DNA of 64,000 nt from an uncultured Trueperaceae bacterium. Lineage in GTDB: Bacteria > Deinococcota > Deinococci > Deinococcales > Trueperaceae. The stretch is taken from positions 256,001 to 320,000 of the forward strand of contig CAWFFU010000010.1 of NCBI GenBank assembly GCA_963815215.1, given 5' to 3'. The notes beneath the pieces were generated by a model. That model did no database searches. It was not told where the DNA came from and saw nothing but the letters and a program-made list of their open reading frames with translations. Position numbers and translations under genes: made by a program. This document shows, in pieces, positions 49,482-60,962 of this stretch (its first letter is position 1; the number at the start of each line of letters is the position of its first letter).

Positions 49482-50324
49482 TTGCGCTCCCGGCGCGATC
49501 TCCGCTTCCTGCTGCGTCCCCGCTGGCTGATCGGCACGCTGACCATCGTGGCGATGGCGGTGGTGATGGTCAACCTCGGCTTCTGGCAGCTCCGCCGGCT
49601 GCACCAGCGCCTCGAGCGCAACCACACCATCGAGGCGCGCATCCATGCGCCGCCGCAACCGCTGGCGCAGGCGCTGGCGCGCTACCACGTCGGCACCGAC
49701 CTCAACGCTCCCGACAGTGTCGCCTACCGGCACGTCAGCGTGTCGGGGCGCTACGACGCCGCCGACGAGGTGCTGTTGCGTTCGCGCAGCCAGGGGGGCC
49801 AACCCGGCTTCCACGTGCTGACGCCGCTGATGCTGGCCGACGGTCGGGCACTGCTGGTCGATCGCGGCTGGGTGCCCTTCACCGACAACCAACCGCCGGT
49901 GCCGGCAGCAGCGCCTCCGTCGGGCGAGGTGAGGTTGACCGGCCTGCTGCGTCTGCCCGAGCCCGAGCCGTCGGGGTTCTTCAAGGCCCTCAGCCCGCAG
50001 GACCCGGCCAGCGGGCCACTCAAGAAGAGCTTCTACGCCGACCCGGCGCGCCTGCAGGGCCAGTTCGCCATCCCGTTGATCGATGCCTACCTGCAGTTGG
50101 CGTCGCAGACGCCGGCGCAGACCGGAGAGCTGCCGGTGATGCCGGATCCGCCCGAGCTCTCCAATGGGCCGCACCTCAGCTACACCATCCAGTGGTTCTC
50201 GTTCACGGCCATCACGTTGGTCGGTTACGCCGTGGTGCTGGAGCGCCGCACGCGGGGAACGCCCGACGACGAGGACGACGACGAGGACGACGACATGCTG
50301 CCCCGCGCGAACGCCGACAACTGA
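49482..50324 (+). CDS. SURF1 family cytochrome oxidase assembly protein
   Basis: LGFWQLRR, VLTPL, VDRGWVP and HLSYTIQWF. Confidence 0.93.
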   Translation: MRSRRDLRFLLRPRWLIGTLTIVAMAVVMVNLGFWQLRRLHQRLERNHTIEARIHAPPQPLAQALARYHVGTDLNAPDSVAYRHVSVSGRYDAADEVLLRSRSQGGQPGFHVLTPLMLADGRALLVDRGWVPFTDNQPPVPAAAPPSGEVRLTGLLRLPEPEPSGFFKALSPQDPASGPLKKSFYADPARLQGQFAIPLIDAYLQLASQTPAQTGELPVMPDPPELSNGPHLSYTIQWFSFTAITLVGYAVVLERRTRGTPDDEDDDEDDDMLPRANADN

Positions 50325-50384
50325 GTCGGCTCGTTCCCCGGTAGCCGGGCCCGACGCGGTCCCGACGCGGTCCCGATGCCGTCG

Positions 50385-51506
50385 CTAGGCCGGAGCCTTG
50401 CCGAGCGCCTCGCGTAGCGTGCCTATCAGCGTGTCGAAGGGCTTGACGAACTTGTCGACCCCCTCGTCCTCCAGCGCCTGCGTGACCGCGCCCAGGTCGA
50501 TGCCCAGCTCGGCGAGCTGCGAGAGCTTGGTGCCGTAGGCCTCCATGTCGTCGTGGATGCGGTCGGCGGGATCGCCGTGGTCGCGGTAGGCGTCGAGCGT
50601 CTCGAGCGGCAGGGTGTTGATGGTGTGTGGGCCGATGAGCGACTCGACGTACTTGACGTCGGAGTAGTCGGGGTTCTTGGTGCCGGTCGAGGCCCACAGC
50701 AGGCGCTGGCTGCGGGCGCCGCCGGCCCCGAGCGCCCGGAAGCGCTCGCTCCCGAAGACCTCCTGATAGATGGCGTAGGCCCGCTTGGCGCTGGCGATGG
50801 CGATCTCGCCGTGCAGCGCCTGGGCCGTGTCGGCGCGGGCGCCGCCCTGCTGCGCCAGCCTCTCCAGCATGGGGTCGACCATGACGTCGATGCGGCTCAG
50901 GAAGAAGCTCGCCACCGACGCCACGCGCGCCAGCGGCAGGCCCTTGGCGGCGCGCTCCTCGAGGCCGGCCAGGTAGGCCTCGGTCACCTCGCGGTAGCGC
51001 TCCAGCCCGAACAGCAGCGTGACGTTGACGTTGATGCCCTCGGCGATGAGCTGCCGGATGGCGCCCAGCCCGGCGGCGGTGCCGGGTACCTTGATGAAGG
51101 CGTTGGGCCGTCCCAGACGTTGCCACAGGTGACGCGCCTCGGCCAGGGTGCCCTCGGTATCGTGCGCCAGGTGGGGGGACACCTCCAGCGACACGTAGCC
51201 GTAGCGGCCGTCGGAGGCGTCGTAGGTGGGCCGGAACAGGTCGCAGGCGTTCTGGATGTCGCTGACCACCAGGTCCTCGTAAGCCTGCTCGACGGCGACG
51301 CCGCGGCGGGCGAGGTCCGCGACGGCCTCGTCGTAGTCGTTGGACTGGCCGATGGCCTTCTGGAAGATGGCGGGGTTGGAGGTGACGCCGCGCAGGCCGT
51401 CGTCATCGATGAGGGCCTGGAGGGTCCCGTCGCTGAGCCAGCTGCGACGGATCGCGTCCAGATACACGGACTGCCCGAAGTCCCGCAGTCGTTCGAGGTT
51501 GCTCAT
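50385..51506 (-). CDS. tal: Transaldolase
   Basis: GVTSNPAIF, VSLEVSP, IKVPGT, NVTLLF and LWASTGTK. Confidence 0.96.
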   Translation of the reverse strand: MSNLERLRDFGQSVYLDAIRRSWLSDGTLQALIDDDGLRGVTSNPAIFQKAIGQSNDYDEAVADLARRGVAVEQAYEDLVVSDIQNACDLFRPTYDASDGRYGYVSLEVSPHLAHDTEGTLAEARHLWQRLGRPNAFIKVPGTAAGLGAIRQLIAEGINVNVTLLFGLERYREVTEAYLAGLEERAAKGLPLARVASVASFFLSRIDVMVDPMLERLAQQGGARADTAQALHGEIAIASAKRAYAIYQEVFGSERFRALGAGGARSQRLLWASTGTKNPDYSDVKYVESLIGPHTINTLPLETLDAYRDHGDPADRIHDDMEAYGTKLSQLAELGIDLGAVTQALEDEGVDKFVKPFDTLIGTLREALGKAPA

Positions 51507-51617
51507 GCTGATCCTCCCGTGGACCGGTGCGCGTCGGCGTGCGCCCGCGCCGGCCGATGAGGCCACGATACGACTCCGTGGCGCACCTTCCGCGTGGGGC
51601 GGGTTACGGGAGGGCGC

Positions 51618-52220
51618 TCAGGCGCGCTCGAGCCCGACGGCGACAACCGCGTCACCGCGCAGCTCGAGCTGCACGCGCGGCAGCGGCCGCACCGCCGGTC
51701 CGCTCACCGCTTCGCCCGCCCGCGTGGGATCGAAGATGCTCAGGTGGCAGGGGCAGGTAAGGTCGGGGTGGGGGGTGCGGTAGTTGAAGGCGAAGCTGAT
51801 GCCGGCCAGGTCGCGGTTGAGGTACACGGTGCAGCCCAGGTGGGTGCACACCCGACTGAAGGCGGCCAGGTGGACCGTCTCCCCGCCGCTGGTGGTGGCC
51901 TCGAGCCCGCCGGGGATCGGCCCGGGTAGCCGCAGCGCGATGGCGGGGATGGGGTGATCGCCGGCCAGCTCGAAGGGCACCGAGTCCCAGGGCTGCGCGA
52001 AGGACTGGAGCCCGGCGACGGCGGTGGCCGGACGGGGCTCGAAGACGGGGTGCGTCGCGGGCGTGTCCTTCTCGAAATGGATGCGGATCGCCTCGTACAG
52101 GCCGAGCGCCCCGCCGCCGACCGCGAGCAGCACCGGCAGGCGCCAGGCCCAGCGGATCAGCCGGCGGCGGTCCTCGTCGGGCGCGTCGCCGGGTCCCGTG
52201 CCGGGCTCACTGGCGCTCAT
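51618..52220 (-). CDS. Rieske [2Fe-2S] protein with RR-containing membrane anchor
   Basis: CTHLGC and CPCHLS boxes, with RRRLIRW followed by a TM segment. Confidence 0.92.
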   Translation of the reverse strand: MSASEPGTGPGDAPDEDRRRLIRWAWRLPVLLAVGGGALGLYEAIRIHFEKDTPATHPVFEPRPATAVAGLQSFAQPWDSVPFELAGDHPIPAIALRLPGPIPGGLEATTSGGETVHLAAFSRVCTHLGCTVYLNRDLAGISFAFNYRTPHPDLTCPCHLSIFDPTRAGEAVSGPAVRPLPRVQLELRGDAVVAVGLERA

Positions 52221-53752
52221 CGCTTCCCCGTGCCGCCGCTCGCCAGGGTGCCGGTCACGTAGCTCACAACGGCGTCGATCTGGTCGCTGTTGAGGCGCCC
52301 CTGGAAGCCCGGCATCATGCCGCGGCCGAAGCTCACGGCGTCCCGAACGTTGGGCGTGTTGGCCGCGCGAGGGTTGCCCGCCAGCGCGGGGCCGGAGCCC
52401 CCCTGACCGGCAGCGCCGTGGCAGGTGGCGCAGTTCGCCTCGAAGAGCTGTGCGCCATTGGGCGTGGGCGCCCCGGGCAGGACGGGGGCGGCAGCGCTGG
52501 TGTTCCCCTGCTGTCGCGCTTTGGCGCTGGCGATCAGGTCGGGTACGCGGCCCGCCTTGTCCGGCCCGCCCACCACCTTGACGTAGACGTTCCAGGTGTC
52601 GATGGCGTTCTGGTACTGCTGTTGGGTGAAGTAGGCGTTGCCGAGGATCAGCAGCGACGGCGCGTCTAGCTTCTCCGGCCCGCCCAGGTCCTGCGCGGCC
52701 CGGCGCAGCAGGGTGATGGCGTCACTGCTCCGGCCGCTCGTGAACAGCGCCTGACCGGTGCGGGTCAGGGCGGTGGTGTTGTCGGCGTTGGGTCCGGTGA
52801 GCACGCGGACGTAGACGTCGACGGCACGGTTCTTGTCGCCCTTCGTCCAGAAGGCGTCGGCCAGCGCCATGAGGTTGGCCTCACTGGGGTCGGCCTTCAC
52901 CTTGTCCGCCAGCGGCTTCACCGCGTCGATGAGGGCGATCTGGCCCTTGGCCTGACTGTCGTTGGCGTTGCCGGGCGTGGCCAGGAAGTGTTGGAAAGCG
53001 CTCTTGGCCGCCGCCAGGTCGTTGCGGGCGAACGCCACCTGGCCCATCGCGTAGAGCGTCTCCGGATCGTCCGGGGAGACCGACAGCGCCTTCTGCAGGT
53101 ACGTCTGCGCCTGTCCGAGGTCGCTCTGCAGGTAGACGGCGGCCAGGCGCTTGTAGGCCTCGACCGGCACCGGCGAGATGGTGGCCACGACCTTCTTGTA
53201 CGTGGCGACGGCCTGGTCGGTCTGCTGGTCGTTCCAATAGGCGTCGCCCAGCGCCAGCAGGTTCTTGGCGCTGGCGTCGGCCTTGACGGCTCGCTGCAGG
53301 GCCTCGATCTGCTTGGCGGCGCTGACGTCGGTGTTGGTGACGTTGGCGTTCGGGCCCACCCGCGGCAGCACCGAACCCGGCAGCACGGCGGCGGTGATCG
53401 CCACCAGCGCCAGCAGCGCCACCGCGCCGTAGGGGATGCGACGGGACCGTTCCCGCCGCCGCACCGGCCGGCCGGCCAGCTCCGCCTCGCGCTCGTCGAT
53501 GGCGCGCAACACGTGGGCGGCCTTGGCCTCGTAGCGGACGCGCAACTCGGTGCGGCTGCGCTCCGGGAGGTCCTGGCGTCCCTCCAGCTCGCGGATGGCG
53601 CGGAACAGCGCGTCACGCTCCTCCTCGAGGTCCTGCTGGATCGGGTCGCGGTCGTCGGGGAGGGGGTCGGCCTGGCCTGGGAGAAGCAGCGGCACAGCCA
53701 CGTAGGCGAAGGCCACCAGAGCCAGCACCGCGATCACGATCAGGGTGGTCAT
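52217..53752 (-). CDS. CcmI-like TPR protein fused to a C-terminal class I cytochrome c
   Basis: Two TM segments flank a coiled coil, followed by TPRs and NCATCHG...GMMPGF. Confidence 0.82.
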   Translation of the reverse strand: MTTLIVIAVLALVAFAYVAVPLLLPGQADPLPDDRDPIQQDLEEERDALFRAIRELEGRQDLPERSRTELRVRYEAKAAHVLRAIDEREAELAGRPVRRRERSRRIPYGAVALLALVAITAAVLPGSVLPRVGPNANVTNTDVSAAKQIEALQRAVKADASAKNLLALGDAYWNDQQTDQAVATYKKVVATISPVPVEAYKRLAAVYLQSDLGQAQTYLQKALSVSPDDPETLYAMGQVAFARNDLAAAKSAFQHFLATPGNANDSQAKGQIALIDAVKPLADKVKADPSEANLMALADAFWTKGDKNRAVDVYVRVLTGPNADNTTALTRTGQALFTSGRSSDAITLLRRAAQDLGGPEKLDAPSLLILGNAYFTQQQYQNAIDTWNVYVKVVGGPDKAGRVPDLIASAKARQQGNTSAAAPVLPGAPTPNGAQLFEANCATCHGAAGQGGSGPALAGNPRAANTPNVRDAVSFGRGMMPGFQGRLNSDQIDAVVSYVTGTLASGGTGKR

Positions 53753-54429
53753 CAGTTCTCGTCCTCGCGGCCGCGCAACGCTGCGCGCACCCGTTCCAGG
53801 TCTTCGTCGGGCGCCGCGGGGACGGCGTCGGCCGCCGCCCGCCAACGCCGCACCAGCACGACAAGCGTGGCCACGCCGCTCAACAGGGCGAGCAGCGGCA
53901 GCAACCACACCACCAGGTGCAGCCCGGTCTTGGGCGGGTCGAGCAGGATCCAGTCTCCGTAGCGCTGGCGGAAGTAGCTCACGATCTGCTGCCGGTTCTT
54001 GCCGGCGTCGAGTTGCTGCTGGATGAGCCGGCGCATCTCGCCGGCGATCTCGGCATTGGAATCCGCCACGGACTCGGCGGTGCACACCGGGCAGCGCAGC
54101 TCGCCGGCGATGGCGTAGGCGCGGTCGCTGATCTCGACGTCGGAGGGCGCGGCCGAAGTCCCCGTCGGGCTCGCTGTCGGGGTCGCTGTCGGGGTCGCTG
54201 TCGGGGTCCCTGTCGGGGCCGCTGTCGGGGTCGCGGGCGATGGCGTGGGCGTGGCTGCGGTGGGGGTTGCAGCGAGGGTTGCAGTGGGGGTCGCAGCGGG
54301 GGTTGCAGCGAGGGTCGCGGGCACGGAGGACGCCGCCGCCATCACGCCCACCGCCAAGAACGCCAGCCCAACGACGAGCGCCGGCGCCACCTTGCGCGAT
54401 GCGATCCACCGGACGAGCGCTCGCATCAC
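53752..54429 (-). CDS. ccmH: Cytochrome c biogenesis protein CcmH/CcmL
   Basis: LRCPVC and YFRQRYGDWILLDPP. Thr/Pro/Ala repeat linker. Confidence 0.92.
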   Translation of the reverse strand: MMRALVRWIASRKVAPALVVGLAFLAVGVMAAASSVPATLAATPAATPTATLAATPTAATPTPSPATPTAAPTGTPTATPTATPTASPTGTSAAPSDVEISDRAYAIAGELRCPVCTAESVADSNAEIAGEMRRLIQQQLDAGKNRQQIVSYFRQRYGDWILLDPPKTGLHLVVWLLPLLALLSGVATLVVLVRRWRAAADAVPAAPDEDLERVRAALRGREDEN

Positions 54430-54964
54430 TGCAGGATCGCCCCCAGCTCCTTGTCCATCACCTCAGGCGTGACGGGGCCGACCTGCTTGTACACCACGGT
54501 CCCCGAGCGATCGACGAAGTAGGTCTCCGGCACGCCGAACAGCGCGTACTCCACGCCGATGGAGCTGTCGTTGTCCATGCCCACCGGGAACGAGAAACCG
54601 AAGCGGCTGATGAACTGCCGGCCGGCATCGTACTTGCCGCGGTCCTGCGTCTGGATGCCCACGAACAGCACTCCCTTGCCTCGGTAGCGCTGGTAGTACT
54701 GCTCCAACAGCGGCGCCTCCTCGAGGCAGGGGCCGCACCAGGAGGCCCAGAAGTTGATGACGAGGGGGGTGCCCTGGTGGGCGCTCGGCGAGAAGCTGTC
54801 GCCGTAGGTCGGCTGGTAGCGCTCGTACAGCGGCAGCGTGAACGGAGGTGCGGGCCGGCCGATCAGGTTGGAAGGCACGTCGCGGTTGGGTGGGCCACGG
54901 AACAGGCCGTAGAGGAACAGCCCTGCCAGCACCGCGACCACCGCCACCACGACGAACAGCCGCT

Positions 54965-54968
<4 letters not shown>
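54426..54968 (-). CDS. ccmG: Thiol:disulfide oxidoreductase CcmG/TlpA
   Basis: INFWASWCGPC and GVPETYF. Confidence 0.9.
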
Positions 54969-56965
<1,997 letters not shown>

Positions 56966-56992
56966 AGGAGCCTCTCACGTGACCCGTGACCG

Positions 56993-57421
56993 CTACTGGA
57001 GCGTCTTCTTGAGCATGTTGACGTCGATGGGCTGTCCCGGCTGAGGCGGCTTGTAGTTGGCGCTGTGCTTCACCAGCAACTGGTCGCTCACGAACGTGCC
57101 CTTCTGGAAGCGCCCCTCGACCACCACGCCCTGGTTGGCCTTGAACAGGTCGGGCGGGGCGCCCTGGTAATCGACGGGGTAGGACTGGATGCTGTCGGTG
57201 ATGATGAAGTGGAGCTGCAGCGTCTTGTCGTTGAAGTGCACCGTGCCGGCCTCGACCAGCCCGCCCAGCCGGATGCGGCGCCCCGCGAAGCCCGCCGGGT
57301 CCTTGGCGTACTCGTTGGGCAGCACGAAGTACACCAGCGAGTTGTTGAGGGCCTTGCTGATCATGAAGCCGGCGACGCCGAGCACGGCGACGCCCAGGAC
57401 GGCATAGGCGATCTTCTTCAA
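56993..57421 (-). CDS. ccmE: Heme chaperone CcmE
   Basis: RLGGLV, PDLFK and LVKHSANY (HxxxY). Confidence 0.95.
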   Translation of the reverse strand: MKKIAYAVLGVAVLGVAGFMISKALNNSLVYFVLPNEYAKDPAGFAGRRIRLGGLVEAGTVHFNDKTLQLHFIITDSIQSYPVDYQGAPPDLFKANQGVVVEGRFQKGTFVSDQLLVKHSANYKPPQPGQPIDVNMLKKTLQ

Positions 57422-57549
57422 GGTTCGTCCTCGCGTTCGGCGGCGCGGCGCGCGCGCCGCGCCAGGTACAGGCCGTACGCCGCGTAGGCGACGACGATCT
57501 CCAGCCAGCCGGCGGCGACCCAGCGCCAGTGTTGGGCGAGTTCAGACAC
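57418..57549 (-). CDS. ccmD: CcmD-like heme exporter protein (43 aa)
   Basis: Not in the ORF track. MSELAQHWRWVAAGWLEIVVAYAAYGLYLARRARRAAEREDEP has one TM and a charged tail, follows a GGAGG RBS and lies between ccmC and ccmE. Confidence 0.75.
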   Translation of the reverse strand: MSELAQHWRWVAAGWLEIVVAYAAYGLYLARRARRAAEREDEP

Positions 57550-58273
57550 GGACGACCTCCCCGGCAGCGCCGTCCCCTTCGCGCCGCTCGCGGGCCTCCA
57601 GGCGCGCGTGCTCGAGCCGGGCGATGCGCACCCGCTCCGACACGAAGGTCAGATAGACGAGGGCCGCCACCCCCACGTTGAACAGCAGCACGAAGAGCAT
57701 GATCGGCGCCACGGTGACGCCGGTGACGGCCACGCTCAGGGTGGGGTGAAGGGTGCGGAACCAGGCGGCCGCCAGGTAGTTGAACGGCAGGCTGACCGCC
57801 ACGATGATGCCGATGACGGCGCTGACGCGCCCCCGACGCATGGGATCGTCGACGAGGCCGCGCACCACGAAGTAGCCCACCAGCAAGGCGAACATCAGCG
57901 CGGTGAGCGTCAGCTTGGCGTCCCAGGTCCAGTAGGTGTTGAGGGTGGGCTTGCTGTAGGTCATGCCGCTCACCAGCGTGAGCGCGGCGAAGAAGGTGGC
58001 GATCTCGGCGTTGGCGACCGCGCGGGCGTCGTCGACGGGGCGCCCCCGCCACAGGAACGCCATGCCGTACAGCGCCATCACGATGACGGCCACGAAGCAC
58101 ACCCAGGCCACCGAGACGTGCGCGTACATCATGCGGATCAGTTGCCCCTGGTTGACGTCAGGGGGGCTGACCACCAGCGCCAGGAAAGCACCGACACCGA
58201 ACAGGATGAGGGTGGCGAGGCCCAGGATGCGCAGCCACAGCGGGCGCCCGGTGGCTTCCTGCCTTTGAGTCAT
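57542..58273 (-). CDS. ccmC: Heme exporter protein CcmC
   Basis: YAHV, WTWDAKLT (WWD domain) and RTLHP. Confidence 0.93.
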   Translation of the reverse strand: MTQRQEATGRPLWLRILGLATLILFGVGAFLALVVSPPDVNQGQLIRMMYAHVSVAWVCFVAVIVMALYGMAFLWRGRPVDDARAVANAEIATFFAALTLVSGMTYSKPTLNTYWTWDAKLTLTALMFALLVGYFVVRGLVDDPMRRGRVSAVIGIIVAVSLPFNYLAAAWFRTLHPTLSVAVTGVTVAPIMLFVLLFNVGVAALVYLTFVSERVRIARLEHARLEARERREGDGAAGEVVRV

Positions 58274-58372
58274 CGTCGCTCCTTCGGTCCGGGTCCCGAG
58301 GGACCCGGACCATAGTCTACGTTGCCGCCGTCCGGGGTCCGGTTGCAGCGTTGACCGATGTAGCCCCTTCCT

Positions 58373-59062
58373 TCACTCCTCCACGACAAGATGAAAGATC
58401 GCTGTGCAGGTGACGAAGTACACGAGGTCGAAACCGCCCAGGAGCTGCAACCAACCGCCCGCCAGGACGGCGTTGTGCAGGCTCATGAGAGATTCGCTGG
58501 AACGCACGGCGCCGAGCAGCACCGGCACCACCACCGGGAACATCAGCACCGGCAGCAGCGCCTCGCGCGCCTGCAGGTTGGCCGTCAGGGCGGCGTAGAA
58601 GGTGGCGACCACGGCGAACCCCAACGTCCCCAGCGTCAGCGTGACGGGCAGCAGCCACACGTCCGGTCCCGTCCCGGCGCCGTAGAGCATCAGCGTCACC
58701 GGCGCCATCAGCAGCCCCAGCGCCAGCAGGTACAGCCAGTTGGCCAGCAGCTTGCCCAGGAACACCGACGCGCGCGGCACCGGGTACAACAGCAACTGGT
58801 CGAACGCGCCCTCCTCGAGGTCGGACTGGTAGCTCTGCGCCGCGGTGATGACGCCGGCGAAGGCGAGCGCCACCCACAGCACGCCGGGCGCGCTCCTGCG
58901 CAGCAGCTCCGCGTCCTGCCCCAGCGCGAACGCCATCATGATCAGCGTCACGGCGGAGAAGAACAGCGTGGCGACGGTCACCGCCCGGCTGCGTACCTCC
59001 TGCAGGAGGTCCTTGCGGGCGATGGCGAGGACGGCGGCGACGTCCGCGCCGACACCGGTCAC
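58373..59062 (-). CDS. ccmB: Heme exporter protein CcmB
   Basis: KDLLQE, PGVLWV, DLEEG and LLPVLMFPVVVP. Confidence 0.93.
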   Translation of the reverse strand: MTGVGADVAAVLAIARKDLLQEVRSRAVTVATLFFSAVTLIMMAFALGQDAELLRRSAPGVLWVALAFAGVITAAQSYQSDLEEGAFDQLLLYPVPRASVFLGKLLANWLYLLALGLLMAPVTLMLYGAGTGPDVWLLPVTLTLGTLGFAVVATFYAALTANLQAREALLPVLMFPVVVPVLLGAVRSSESLMSLHNAVLAGGWLQLLGGFDLVYFVTCTAIFHLVVEE

Positions 59063-59823
59063 GGGGCGGCGCTCCGGCGCAGGGCGCCGTCGACGAGCTC
59101 CAGCACGGCGTCGGCGAAGCGGCCGCTGCGTTCGAGCTCGTGCGAGGCCATCAGTACCGTCCGGCCGCGCCGGCGCGCCGAAGCCAGCAGCTCGTCCAGG
59201 AGGTTCTTGCCGTCCTCGTCGAGGGCGGCGTAGGGCTCGTCCATCAACCACAGCGGTGGGTCGAGCAGTAGCAGGCGCGCCAGCCCCAGGCGCTTCTTCA
59301 TGCCGCTGGAATAGGTGCGTACCAGCGTGTCGGCCACGTCGGACAGGCCGACGGTCGCCAGGGCGCCATCGACGGCGGCATCGACGCCGGCGGCCGCGAG
59401 GCCGCTCAGGGTGGCGGCCAGCCGCAGGTTCTCGCGCGCCGTCAGGACCGGATAGTTGCCCCCCAGCACGCTCACCAGGCCTACGCGGCGGCGCACCTCG
59501 TCGCCCTGCCGCTGCAGGTCGTAGCCGAACACCCAGCCGCGCCCGCGGTTGGGCCGTAGGCGGGTGGCGAGCACCCTCAGCAGGGTGGTCTTGCCGGCGC
59601 CGTTGCTGCCCCGCAGCACCGCGATCCGGCCGGCCGACATCTCCAGGCGCAGGTCGCGCAGCACCAGCTCCCGGCCGAAGCGCTTGGCGATGCCGTCGAG
59701 CCGCAGCGCCAGCGCCGCCTCGGCGGTGCCGGGGCCCGTGGCGGTGGTGGACGGCGTGGCGGCGGCGGTCGCCTCCGGCGCGTGGGCCGATCGCGGTCCC
59801 GCCGCGGTGTCGGCGGGACTCAC
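59059..59823 (-). CDS. ccmA: Heme ABC exporter ATP-binding protein CcmA
   Basis: GSNGAGKTT, YSSGMKKR and LMDEPY. Confidence 0.92.
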   Translation of the reverse strand: MSPADTAAGPRSAHAPEATAAATPSTTATGPGTAEAALALRLDGIAKRFGRELVLRDLRLEMSAGRIAVLRGSNGAGKTTLLRVLATRLRPNRGRGWVFGYDLQRQGDEVRRRVGLVSVLGGNYPVLTARENLRLAATLSGLAAAGVDAAVDGALATVGLSDVADTLVRTYSSGMKKRLGLARLLLLDPPLWLMDEPYAALDEDGKNLLDELLASARRRGRTVLMASHELERSGRFADAVLELVDGALRRSAAP

Positions 59824-60608
59824 AGCCGCGAGAGCAGCCAACGCGGCGTCACCTGGGACAGGTAGGTGTTGAGCTGGGTGTAGGTACCGGTGACCATCAG
59901 CAGCCCGGCGACGAGGAGCAGCGCGCCGGCGGCGCGCTCGACCCAGGGCAGGTAGGCGCGGAAGCGCTTGGAGAACAGCAGGAAGGGCTCGAGCGCCAGC
60001 GCCGCGACCAGGAACGGCACGGCCAGCCCGAGCGCGTACACCGCCAGCAGCGCCACGCCCTGCGCCAGCGTGCCCGACGCCCCCGCCAGCGTGAGGATGC
60101 CGCCGAGGATGGGGCCGATGCACGGCGACCAGCCGGCCGCGAACGCCATCCCGAGCAGCAGCGCGCCCCACGGACGGGCGGTCTGGCCGCGGTAGCGCAG
60201 GCGGGCGTCACGGTACAGGAACGGCACCTTCAGCACCCCCAGCATGACCAGGCCGAAGAGCGCCACCACGACGCCGGCGGCGACGGCGAGAACGTCGCGG
60301 TGCTGGCGCAGCACCGCGCCAAGCAGGCTGGCCGAGGCGCCCATGGCGATGAACACCAGCGTGAAGCCGGCGATGAACAGCAGGCTCTGGCGCAGCAACA
60401 CCCGGCGGCTGCCGGCCACCGCGGCGGCGGAGGCCGCGCCCCGGCCGCCTCCGGAAGCTCCGCCGACGCTGCCGCCGACGCTGCCGCCGACGCTGCCGCC
60501 GACGCTGCCCCCCACGAACGCGAGGTAGCTCGGCACCAGCGGGAACACGCACGGCGACAGGAACGACAGCAGCCCCGCCAGGAAGGCGAGTGGCAGACTC
60601 GGGATCAT
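59820..60608 (-). CDS. ccdA: Cytochrome c biogenesis protein CcdA
   Basis: LSPCVFPLVP and WSPCIGP. GGSV repeat insertion. Confidence 0.93.
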   Translation of the reverse strand: MIPSLPLAFLAGLLSFLSPCVFPLVPSYLAFVGGSVGGSVGGSVGGSVGGASGGGRGAASAAAVAGSRRVLLRQSLLFIAGFTLVFIAMGASASLLGAVLRQHRDVLAVAAGVVVALFGLVMLGVLKVPFLYRDARLRYRGQTARPWGALLLGMAFAAGWSPCIGPILGGILTLAGASGTLAQGVALLAVYALGLAVPFLVAALALEPFLLFSKRFRAYLPWVERAAGALLLVAGLLMVTGTYTQLNTYLSQVTPRWLLSRL

Positions 60609-60688
60609 CGCTCGCTCCCCGAGCGGGCCGCCGCGGGGCGCGGCGGGACCCGGGTTGCGGCCGGGCGGCGGGACGGGCGGAGGCTCAC
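60605..60688 (-). CDS. Putative leaderless 27-aa uORF coupled to ccdA
   Basis: CATACT-6 nt-GTG. The TGA overlaps the ccdA ATG (ATGA). Confidence 0.3.
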   Translation of the reverse strand: MSLRPSRRPAATRVPPRPAAARSGSER

Positions 60689-60962
60689 CCCGTCAGTATG
60701 GCCTATCGACGTGACGGGCGTCGTTCGCCGTTGCGGACACGGCCGTTCCCGACACGGGCGTTCCCGACACGGGCCGTTCTCGACACGGGCGGTCGTGGAC
60801 ATGGGCGGTCGCGGACAGGACAGCGCCCGGCGTGTTCGCCGGGCGCTGCGTGGGGCCGTGGGGCCCGCCAGGGGGGAGAGGGGGGACGGGATGGGGTGGA
60901 GCGGTCGGCCGCTGGGCCGGCGCTCCGACGGCAGGCTCAGGCTGCGGGCGCAGCTTGCGGGC

